Shown piece after piece: positions 36,004 through 43,444 of a stretch of 43,444 bases of DNA. The notes under the pieces are model-generated. The model was not told the origin of the DNA and searched no databases. It was given only the letters and a program-made list of their open reading frames with translations. The stretch comes from Vulcanimicrobiota bacterium (GTDB taxonomy: Bacteria; Vulcanimicrobiota; Vulcanimicrobiia; Vulcanimicrobiales; Vulcanimicrobiaceae). A program made the translations under genes and the position numbers. Within the stretch, counting starts at the first letter, position 1. Each line of letters begins with the position of its first letter. The DNA is taken from contig JAFAMK010000023.1 in assembly GCA_019233415.1 (NCBI GenBank), forward strand, positions 1 through 43,444. Reading direction: 5' to 3'.

Positions 36004-36614
36004 AGGCGCCGTGGGCGCACGGTGACCCGCGCGCGGTCGCGCACCGCATCCTGACCGATGCGCGGTATCAGACCGCGGCGCCGGAACCGCCGCAGAAGAC
36101 GTGGTACGACGTGCTCTGGGAAGCGTTCGCCGCGTTCTGGAAGCGGCTGTGGGAGCCGTTCAACCACTTGACCGGAAACGAGTTTCTCTCGCGCGTGATC
36201 GCGATCGTCGTCCTCGTCGCGCTCGTGCTCGGCTTGGCGTACCTGATCGTGCGGCTCGTCCGCGCCTACGCGCCGCGGCGCACGACGCACACGCTCGCGG
36301 GCGCGGAGGCGCTCGACGCGCCGGCCGGCGCCCGCGCGCTGTTCGCGCGCGCGCTCGAGGCGGCCACGCAGGGCCGCCATCACGAAGCGGCGGCGCTGCT
36401 GTGGGCGTCGGCGCTGCACGCGCTCGACGAGGCCGGTCGCGTTCGCTACGACGCGGCGCGTACGCCGGGCGAATGGCGGCGCGCGGTGCGCGATCCGCAG
36501 TTCGACGCATTTGCGCGCGACGCGGTCGTCGCATTGTTCGGCGACCGTGACGCCGACGCGGCGCTCGTCGCGCGGATGCGGGACGCGTACGACCGCGTCG
36601 TCACGCCCGCGTGA
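36000..36614 (+). CDS. DUF4129-domain membrane protein
   Basis: ATGA overlap, one TM segment, then A..G.H.EA...LW and RTPGEW. Confidence 0.7.
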   Translation: MKAPWAHGDPRAVAHRILTDARYQTAAPEPPQKTWYDVLWEAFAAFWKRLWEPFNHLTGNEFLSRVIAIVVLVALVLGLAYLIVRLVRAYAPRRTTHTLAGAEALDAPAGARALFARALEAATQGRHHEAAALLWASALHALDEAGRVRYDAARTPGEWRRAVRDPQFDAFARDAVVALFGDRDADAALVARMRDAYDRVVTPA

Positions 36615-37756
36615 AGCGCGACTACGTCGTCGCGGCGCTCGCGCTTCTCGCGCTGGTCGCCGTTTCGGTGCTCACCAAACCCGCTCCGTCGACCCCGCCG
36701 CCGACGCGTGCGAGCGCGGACTTCGGCTACGGCGGCTACCGCGGGTGGTACGAGCTGCTGCGGCGCGAAGGGCTGCGCGTCGGGCGCTTCGGCGAGCACC
36801 ACGACGCGCTGCCGGCGGGTCGCGTCGACACGCTGATCGTCGCCTTCCCCGGCGACGGCCTGCCAGTGCTCTGGAACGTTGCCGAGCGCGACGCGCTGCG
36901 CGCCTGGGTGCGCGGCGGTGGACGGCTCGTCGACATCGGGCTGACCCCGCCCGCCGGGAAGGGCGACGACAAGGACGAGCGCGTCTTCCTCGACGAGACG
37001 AACGGCGAGGGCGGCACGCTGCGCGGACCGTGGTCGGCGCTCGTCGCGGCGCTTTCCGGGCGCGGCAATTTCCGGCTCGTCACCGCACCCCACAAGCACG
37101 TCGAGACGCTGCTGCGCGACAAGGCCGGGATGCTCGTCGTGCGCTACCGCTACGGGAAGGGCGAGGTCGTCGGCGTCTCCGACGCGGGCTTCTTCGAGAA
37201 CGACGCGCTCGCGCACGGCGACGCGGCGCGGCTGGCGTTTCTCGTCGCGCAGCCGAGACGCGCCGGCGGCCTCGTCGCATTCGACGAAGCCGTCCGCACC
37301 GACGTCGCCGAGAAGCCCTGGTACCGCGCGCTGACCGCGCCGGAGCTGGTCGCGCTGGCGCTCGCCGCGCTCGCCGGACTGCTGTGGCTGCTGTACGGGA
37401 TCGTCCCGCTCGGCCCGCCGGTCCGCCTGCGCGCGCCGCGCGAGCCGACCTCCGACGAGTTCATCGACGCGGTCGCCGCGCTCTACGAGCGCGCGCGGGC
37501 GCGCGACCACGCGCGCGACGCGCTCGTCGCCGACCTGCGCCGCACCGTCGCGCGCGCGCCGAACACGCCCGAGTACCGCGGCTTCGCCGAACGTGCCGCG
37601 CACGCCGCGATGCAGCCGATCACCGATGATGCCGCGCTCGTCGACGTGGCCCGACTCGCCCGAACCGCCCGAGAGGAGACCATCCGTGCAACCAACCCCG
37701 ACCGACGTCTCGCATCGCCTGCGCGACGGGCTGGCCCGCGTCGTCGTCGGCGGTGA
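36611..37756 (+). CDS. DUF4350-domain protein
   Basis: N-terminal TM segment, WVRGGGRLV, G.GEVV.VSD..FFEN, VAFDE, a second TM segment and EFIDAVA.LY.RA. Confidence 0.72.
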   Translation: MKRDYVVAALALLALVAVSVLTKPAPSTPPPTRASADFGYGGYRGWYELLRREGLRVGRFGEHHDALPAGRVDTLIVAFPGDGLPVLWNVAERDALRAWVRGGGRLVDIGLTPPAGKGDDKDERVFLDETNGEGGTLRGPWSALVAALSGRGNFRLVTAPHKHVETLLRDKAGMLVVRYRYGKGEVVGVSDAGFFENDALAHGDAARLAFLVAQPRRAGGLVAFDEAVRTDVAEKPWYRALTAPELVALALAALAGLLWLLYGIVPLGPPVRLRAPREPTSDEFIDAVAALYERARARDHARDALVADLRRTVARAPNTPEYRGFAERAAHAAMQPITDDAALVDVARLARTAREETIRATNPDRRLASPARRAGPRRRRR

Positions 37757-38642
37757 CCGCGTCGCGTTCGCGCTGCTGGTCGCGGTCCTCGGCGGCGGCC
37801 ATGCGCTGATCGAGGGCGTTCCCGGTACCGCGAAGACGCTGACCGTCCGCGTCCTGGCGCGGCTGCTCGGCGTCTCGTACGGGCGGATCCAGTTCACGCC
37901 GGATTTGATGCCGTCCGACGTCGTCGGGACGACGGTCTTCGACCAGCGCAGCGCGACGTTCTCGCTCCGGCGCGGCCCCGTCTTCGCGGGCGTGCTGCTC
38001 GCGGACGAGATCAACCGCACCCCGCCGAAGACGCAGGCCGCGCTGCTCGAAGCGATGGAGGAACGGCGCGTCACGATCGACGGCACGACCTACGATCTTC
38101 CGGCGCCGTTTCTGGTCTGCGCGACGCAGAACCCGATCGAGTTCGAAGGGACGTACCCGCTTCCCGAGGCGCAGCTCGACCGCTTCCTCGTGCGCGTGCG
38201 CACGGGCTACCCGTCACCCGACGACGAGCGCGCGCTGATCGCGCGTGCGGTCGCCGGCTTCGACGCGCACGACCTCGACGCGGCCGGCGTCGAAGCGGTC
38301 GCCGGCGCCGACGACGTGCTCGCGGCACGCCGTGCAGTCCGCGCGATCCACGTCGCCGAGTCGCTGCAGGCGTATCTCTACGACGTGATCGCCGCGACGC
38401 GCACCTCGCCCGACGTCGCGCTCGGCGCGAGCCCGCGCGCCGCGCTGGCGCTGCTCGTTGCCGCGCAGGCCGCGGCGTACCTCGACGGGCGCGCGTTCGC
38501 GACCTCGGACGACGTCAAGGACGTCGCGCCGATCGTGCTGCCGCACCGCATCATCGTGCGCCCCGAGGCCGAGCTGGACGGGACGAGCGCGGACGACGTC
38601 GTCACGCGCGTCCTGGCCTCCGTGCGCGCGCCGGAGAACTGA
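37686..38642 (+). CDS. MoxR-family AAA+ ATPase
   Basis: GTG 37686 after GAGGAG. Motifs GHALIEGVPGTAKT, RIQFTPDLMPSD, LADEINRTPPKTQAALLEAM, ATQNPIEFEGTYPLPEAQLDRF and GASPR. Confidence 0.95.
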   Translation: MQPTPTDVSHRLRDGLARVVVGGDRVAFALLVAVLGGGHALIEGVPGTAKTLTVRVLARLLGVSYGRIQFTPDLMPSDVVGTTVFDQRSATFSLRRGPVFAGVLLADEINRTPPKTQAALLEAMEERRVTIDGTTYDLPAPFLVCATQNPIEFEGTYPLPEAQLDRFLVRVRTGYPSPDDERALIARAVAGFDAHDLDAAGVEAVAGADDVLAARRAVRAIHVAESLQAYLYDVIAATRTSPDVALGASPRAALALLVAAQAAAYLDGRAFATSDDVKDVAPIVLPHRIIVRPEAELDGTSADDVVTRVLASVRAPEN

Positions 38643-39950
38643 GTGCCGCGGATCGCGCCGCGCGGGATCACCGCGCTGCTCGGTCTCGCGCTCGTTGCGT
38701 TCGGCCTCGCGCAGGCGCTGCCGTGGCCGCTCGCGCTCGGGCTCGGGCTGCTGGCGTTCGCGGCGCTCGTCGTATACGACGCCGCGTTGCTGCGCGGCCC
38801 GCTGGAGATCGTGCGCATCGTGCCGCCGCGGTTCGCGCTGGCGCGGCCGGAGACGCTCGTCTACGAGATCACCAACCGCAGTTCGCACGAACGGCGCGTC
38901 GCGCTGGTCGAGGCGCCGGCCGAGAAGCTCGCGATCGCGCTCGACGAGGCGCACGCGGTCGTCCCGCCGCGCTCGCGCACGACGGCGACGATCGCGGTCG
39001 TCCCGCGCGAGCGGGGGCGCACCGCGCTGCGCTCGTTCCACGCGCGGATTCTCTCGCGGCTGGGGATCGTCGAGCTGCGCCGCGCCTTTCGCGTCCCGGC
39101 CGACCTGCGCGTGATGCCGGACTTGTCCGCGCTCGACCGCAGCGGTGACCTCGTCGCACGTACGAAGCTGATCGAAGCCGGACTGCGGCGGCTGCGCCGG
39201 CGCGGCGTCGGCGGCGAGTTCGCGAGCCTGCGCGAGTACACGCCGGACGACGCGTTCAACACGATCGACTGGAAAGCGACGGCGCGCCGGGGCCGCGCGA
39301 TGGTCGCGCAGTACGAGGTCGAGCGCGCGCAGCAGATCGTCGTCGCGCTCGACGCCGGACGGCTCATGTCGCCGCGGCTCGGCGACCGCCGCAAGCTCGA
39401 CTACGCGGTCAGCGCGGCGCTCGCCGTCGCGGCGATCGCGCGGCTCGCCGCCGATCGCGTCGGGATCGTCGCCTTCGCGGCCGAGGTCGTCGCGCGCGTC
39501 GCGCCCGGCGGCGGACCGCAGCACACCGCGCAGCTGACCGACGTCCTCTCCGACCTCGAGCCGCGCTTCGAGGAGGCCGACTACGAGCGCGCGTTCATCG
39601 AGATCGAGCGCACGCTGCGCCGCCGCAGTTTGATCGTCCTGTTCACCGACCTGTTCGACCCGGTTGCGTCGAGCGCGGTCCTCGGCGCGACGAAGTTGCT
39701 GACCACGCGTCACCTGGTCTTGGTCGTGCTGATGAACGACGCGGCGATCGCGGGCGCGCTGCGGCGCGAGCCGAACGACGTGACCGACGCCTACCGCGCG
39801 GCGGTCGCCGCAACGCTGTTCGAAGAACGCGCGCGCGCCGTCGCCGCGCTACGCAATCGCGGGATTCTGATCGTCGACGTCCCGGCCGCCGAGCTGACCG
39901 TCGCGCTGCTCGACGCGTACGTCGACATCAAGACCCGTGGACTTCTTTGA
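38643..39950 (+). CDS. DUF58 / vWA-like partner of MoxR
   Basis: EFASLREYTPDD..IDWKATAR, ALDAGRLM, DRVG and RRRSLIVLFTD. Confidence 0.88.
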   Translation: MPRIAPRGITALLGLALVAFGLAQALPWPLALGLGLLAFAALVVYDAALLRGPLEIVRIVPPRFALARPETLVYEITNRSSHERRVALVEAPAEKLAIALDEAHAVVPPRSRTTATIAVVPRERGRTALRSFHARILSRLGIVELRRAFRVPADLRVMPDLSALDRSGDLVARTKLIEAGLRRLRRRGVGGEFASLREYTPDDAFNTIDWKATARRGRAMVAQYEVERAQQIVVALDAGRLMSPRLGDRRKLDYAVSAALAVAAIARLAADRVGIVAFAAEVVARVAPGGGPQHTAQLTDVLSDLEPRFEEADYERAFIEIERTLRRRSLIVLFTDLFDPVASSAVLGATKLLTTRHLVLVVLMNDAAIAGALRREPNDVTDAYRAAVAATLFEERARAVAALRNRGILIVDVPAAELTVALLDAYVDIKTRGLL

Positions 39951-40898
39951 TCCAGCACCGATCAAATACGCGATCAGCGCGACGGCGGTGAGCGCGCCGA
40001 TCGCGGCGCGGGCGGGGATCGGCAGCCGTTGCGGCGAGATGAAGCCTTCGATCGTCCCGGCGACGCACAGCATCAGCGCGACGCCGAGGACGAGCGTCGC
40101 GGCGCGCCGTGCGGCCGCGACGAGCGCGTCGGTGCGGCGCGCGCGGCCCGGGCGCAGGAAGCCGCCGGCGACGATCAACCCCGCGCCGCCGGCGATCTGG
40201 ATCGCGGTCAGCTCGATGACGCCGTGCGGCGCGATCGTCGCCCAGAAGTCGGGGCCGAAGCCGGCCTTCGCGTAGAGCGCGCCGAGCGCGCCGACCATCA
40301 AGCCGTTCTCGAGGATGATCCAGCCGGTCAGCACTCCGCCGGTGATTCCGCCGGCAAACGCGATCGCGGCGACCTTCACGTTGTTGGTGATGATCTCCGA
40401 GGCCGCCGCCGGCGAGTAGGCGCGGTCGAACCCGAAGTTCGAGTCGTGCAGCGCTTTCGTCGGCGGCGCGAGGTCCATGTCGGGGAGCAGCGCGTGCGCG
40501 TTCGCCGGGTCGGCGCTGACCGAGCCGTAGGCGATCAGCGCCGAGACGATCGTCACCAGCGCGCAGAACACGATCGGCGCCCACGAGCGGCGCACCTCGC
40601 GCGGAAACCCGCGCATGACGAAGTCGACGACGCGGTGCCAGCCGTTGCGCGCGGTCGCGACGTAGACGACGGCGTGTGCGCGCGCGGTCAGCCGGTTGAG
40701 GTGATCGAGAACGAGCGCGTCCTCGCCGCGCGTGCGCGCGATCGCCAGATCGCTCGTCGCGGCGCGGTACGCCAGCGCCAGCTCGTCGATCTCGTCCGCG
40801 GTGAGCGCGCGCACGCCGCGTCCCGACGCTCGGTCGACCAGGACACTGAGCCGATCCCAACGCCCGCGCCGCGCCTTGACGAACCGCCGCTCTCGCAT
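39849..40898 (-). CDS. Stage II sporulation protein M (DUF95) family membrane protein
   Basis: YR....DLA.AR, IITNNVKV, NGLMVG, IAPHGVIELTAI and AGTIEGFISP. Confidence 0.85.
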   Translation of the reverse strand: MRERRFVKARRGRWDRLSVLVDRASGRGVRALTADEIDELALAYRAATSDLAIARTRGEDALVLDHLNRLTARAHAVVYVATARNGWHRVVDFVMRGFPREVRRSWAPIVFCALVTIVSALIAYGSVSADPANAHALLPDMDLAPPTKALHDSNFGFDRAYSPAAASEIITNNVKVAAIAFAGGITGGVLTGWIILENGLMVGALGALYAKAGFGPDFWATIAPHGVIELTAIQIAGGAGLIVAGGFLRPGRARRTDALVAAARRAATLVLGVALMLCVAGTIEGFISPQRLPIPARAAIGALTAVALIAYLIGAGSKKSTGLDVDVRVEQRDGQLGGRDVDDQNPAIA

Positions 40899-40942
40899 CG
40901 CGCGCACGAATTCGCGCCGCCTGTGCCGAAGACCGTCCGACC

Positions 40943-41668
40943 GTGCTGCGCGATGTCGACGTTCGTACTGGAGAAGCGGTTTCGATTCGCTACGAGCTGG
41001 CGGGGATCGGGAGCAGGTTCCTGGCCGTCGTCGTCGACATGGTCGCGCAGGTCACGATCGCGATCGCGCTGCTGATGGCGTTTGCCTTCGCCTCGCCGAC
41101 GCTGAGCCGAAACGGGTTCCTCGGCAAAGTGGCCGGGGCATGGCTGATCGCCTTCTGGGTCGCCTTCACGTTCCTGGTCTTCTTCGGTTGGTTCATCATC
41201 TTCGAGGCGTGGTGGTCGGGGCGCACGCCCGGAAAGCGCCTTCTCGGCCTGCGCGTCGTTCGCGACGGCGGCTTTCCGGTCGACCTGGGCGCGGCGGTGA
41301 TCCGCAACCTCGTCCGCATCGCCGAGCTGCTGCTGGGCTTCTACACGCTCTCGGCGGTCAGCGCGCTGCTCTCGCCCGAGAACAAGCGCCTGGGAGACTT
41401 CGCGGCCGGCACGCTGGTCGTGCGCGACCGCAGCGCGGTCCCCGACCTCGACGGTTACCTGGCGCGGCCGGCGCACGCCGCGAGCGGGCTCTCCGAAACG
41501 AACCGCGTCTTGGTCGAACGCTTCCTGGCCCGGGCTGGCAGCCTCGATCCGGCGGCGCGGATGCGGGTCGCCGGGCAGATCGCCGACCACGTCCGGCCGA
41601 CGCTCAGCGACCCGCGGCGCGACCTCGACGACGAGGCGCTGCTGGAGTACCTGGCCTCCGGAAACTAG
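40943..41668 (+). CDS. RDD family membrane protein
   Basis: TGEAV.I.YELAGIGSRFLAVVVD, GRTPGKR.LGLRVV, RNLVR and KRLGDFAAGTLVV. Confidence 0.88.
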   Translation: MLRDVDVRTGEAVSIRYELAGIGSRFLAVVVDMVAQVTIAIALLMAFAFASPTLSRNGFLGKVAGAWLIAFWVAFTFLVFFGWFIIFEAWWSGRTPGKRLLGLRVVRDGGFPVDLGAAVIRNLVRIAELLLGFYTLSAVSALLSPENKRLGDFAAGTLVVRDRSAVPDLDGYLARPAHAASGLSETNRVLVERFLARAGSLDPAARMRVAGQIADHVRPTLSDPRRDLDDEALLEYLASGN

Positions 41669-42672
41669 CCCGCCCCGTTGCTCCCGCCGCCGCGGCGCAA
41701 CCGGGCCAGGAACTCGCGCGCGAAGGTCATCGCGGAGGCTTTCGCGTCCTCGTAGACGTGCGCGGCGTCCTCGACGTTCATCTGGCGCCCGTGGCGATAG
41801 TAATATTGCACGCCCTCGCCGACGACGACCGTCCCGGCGTAGGCGATCGCGGCCTTGATGAAGACCCCGCCGACGGGGATGAATCCGGACAGCTCGCGCG
41901 CGAGCGCACGCCAGCCGAACCCGCCGCCGACGATCGGGAGCAGCTCCCACATCGCGGAGAGGTCGGGGTCGCGGCCGTAGGCGGCGCCGATGTTGAGCAT
42001 CAGCGTCATCTGGATGCCGGTGATCGCGAACATGTCGGCGCCCGAGGCGAACGCGCCGAGGACGATCCCGAGCACCGGGACGTGGTCGACGACGGCGCTC
42101 GCGCCGGCGACCTTGAGGGCATTGAGCGCGGCGTCGCGGGTCAGCTTCGCGGCGACCGTCTCGCGCAGCGCCGGCAGCCGGCGGCCGACCGCGATCTCGA
42201 TCCCGCGGCACGTGTCGATCAGGTGCGGGAAGAAGCGCCCGCGCAGCGTCTCGTGCGCGATCCGGTCGACGACGTACTCCTCGACGCCGCCGGGGCCCGG
42301 CGCCTGGCTGGGCCCGCTCGGCGCGGTGACGTCGCGGTCGGCGACCAGGACGAGGACCGGCAGCTTCAGCGCAGCGAGCCGTTCGAGCCCGAACGAGCCG
42401 CGGTCAGGCGGCCGCCCGACGCAGACGATGGCGCGGGCGTCGATCGTGTCGACGGTGCGCTGCACGTCGAGCGTCTCGACGGTGGCCGCGGCCTCGGGCG
42501 GGATCGTCCCGTCGTTGAAGCCTGCGAGAAGAACCACGCGCAGCTCGGCGACGAGCCCCGGGTCACCGCAGACGAAGAACTTGAACGGGCGGCGGGCTCC
42601 CGCGTGGACCGCTCCGACGTTGAGCGATCCGCGCAGGCGTTCGAAAGCGGCGACGGCGGACGAGGCGTTCAC
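41665..42672 (-). CDS. Hypothetical protein with DUF697/YcjF-like C-terminal domain
   Basis: VPVLG...ADMFAITGIQ..LML.IGAAYG and GFGWRALAREL...PVGG..KAAIAYAGT. Confidence 0.6.
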   Translation of the reverse strand: MNASSAVAAFERLRGSLNVGAVHAGARRPFKFFVCGDPGLVAELRVVLLAGFNDGTIPPEAAATVETLDVQRTVDTIDARAIVCVGRPPDRGSFGLERLAALKLPVLVLVADRDVTAPSGPSQAPGPGGVEEYVVDRIAHETLRGRFFPHLIDTCRGIEIAVGRRLPALRETVAAKLTRDAALNALKVAGASAVVDHVPVLGIVLGAFASGADMFAITGIQMTLMLNIGAAYGRDPDLSAMWELLPIVGGGFGWRALARELSGFIPVGGVFIKAAIAYAGTVVVGEGVQYYYRHGRQMNVEDAAHVYEDAKASAMTFAREFLARLRRGGGSNGAG

Positions 42673-42704
42673 ATACTGCTCCTACCCCGTCCGGCCGAGG
42701 CTGG

Positions 42705-43444
42705 TTACGCCCGGCCGCGCGCCTCCTTGTCGGGATCGTCCGTGTAGTCGAGGTAGACGAGCCCGAGGAAGATCTCCAAGGCCTGCGCATACATGCCGCG
42801 CGCGTTGGCGAGGTCGACGATGCTCTTGTTGGTCGCCTTGGCTTCGGCCAGGACGGCCTGCGGCGCGGCGTTCGTGTCGGCGCCGACGATCACGGCCGCG
42901 GCGACCTGGCCCGGCGTGAGGTCCTCGTGCGCGAGGTCTTCGTATTCGACGCCCTTGGTGTGGAACCGCACGTCGAGCGCGTGCTGGAACGTCGCGTAGC
43001 GGTCCGGCGACTCCTGGAGCCCGAGCATGTCGATCCGCGTCTCGAGCTGGCGCGCACGGGCCATGTTGTACAGCTGCGAGGCCTGGGTCGCGCCGACCGC
43101 GGCCTTGTTCAGCGAGTCGACGGCCTTCGTCACCAGCGGTTCGAGCCGGTGGTAGTCGGCCAGCGCGATGTCGCCGCTTCCGTCGAGCTGCGTGTGGCGC
43201 AGTTCTTGCACGAATGAGTCGAGGTCGCCCAGGCCCACGTCGAGCATCGCGAGCGACGCGCGCGCCGCATCGACGCCGCGCACCATGTCGGCGTCGGCAG
43301 CACCGACCGAGGCGAACATGCGCGGGTAGGTCGGGTATGTCGCGAGCGCCTGCGGCGGCGCGTCGTCGAGCTTGAGCGGCGCGGCCAGCTCGGTGAGGAT
43401 GTCGGCGTTTTCCTTGAGCAGCCCGCCCTCTTTGTTGCGCTCGA
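42705..43444 (-). CDS. Hypothetical helical protein, C-terminal part (5' truncated)
   Basis: The frame of track ORF 42705..43319 stays open to the window edge (ERNKEGGLLKENADIL...), with host-like codon usage. Confidence 0.7.
   Translation of the reverse strand, partial: ERNKEGGLLKENADILTELAAPLKLDDAPPQALATYPTYPRMFASVGAADADMVRGVDAARASLAMLDVGLGDLDSFVQELRHTQLDGSGDIALADYHRLEPLVTKAVDSLNKAAVGATQASQLYNMARARQLETRIDMLGLQESPDRYATFQHALDVRFHTKGVEYEDLAHEDLTPGQVAAAVIVGADTNAAPQAVLAEAKATNKSIVDLANARGMYAQALEIFLGLVYLDYTDDPDKEARGRA

Noticed and set aside
39849-40898. Sporulation inferred from the SpoIIM-family gene
   Set aside because: This DUF95 subtype occurs with RDD/MoxR genes in non-sporulating bacteria.
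1-43444. CRISPR arrays, tRNA or rRNA genes
   Set aside because: The window is almost entirely coding, and no spaced repeats or cloverleaf signatures were seen in the short intergenic regions.

Overview
High-GC bacterial chromosomal segment with no tRNA/rRNA, CRISPR array or recognisable mobile element. Positions 1-25 kb hold the 3' end of gyrB followed by a near-contiguous outer-membrane biogenesis cluster of the type seen in diderm Terrabacteria such as Negativicutes and Cyanobacteria: tamB, bamA, three Skp/OmpH paralogues, lpxD, lpxC, fabZ, lpxA, lpxB, a metallophosphoesterase, an LpxB-like glycosyltransferase, an O-antigen-ligase-family protein, lptC/A, lptB, a single lptF/G, DUF3084, a YqgF-like protein and an SLH-domain OmpM-like porin. 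The host is plausibly Vulcanimicrobiota/Eremiobacterota or a relative (inference only). Positions 25-30 kb hold a TPR protein, a GT4 glycosyltransferase, a visibly lower-GC lipoprotein gene and a secreted hypothetical protein. Positions 30-35 kb hold recQ, dnaX-ybaB-recR and a MOSC gene. Positions 35-42 kb hold a membrane protein/DUF4129/DUF4350/MoxR/DUF58/SpoIIM/RDD module. The best candidate for new biology is in lipid A synthesis. The window lacks lpxH/lpxI/lpxK/waaA, and lpxB is instead followed by a stand-alone UshA-like metallophosphoesterase carrying the LpxH-type Arg (GNRE), translationally coupled to an LpxB-like glycosyltransferase and a WaaL-like protein. This suggests an alternative lipid A route. 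Also notable: recR has no canonical start codon (ATC start or TAG readthrough from ybaB), and BamA and OmpM each carry Cys-flanked Thr/Ser loops. All family calls come from motif recognition by eye, not database searches.
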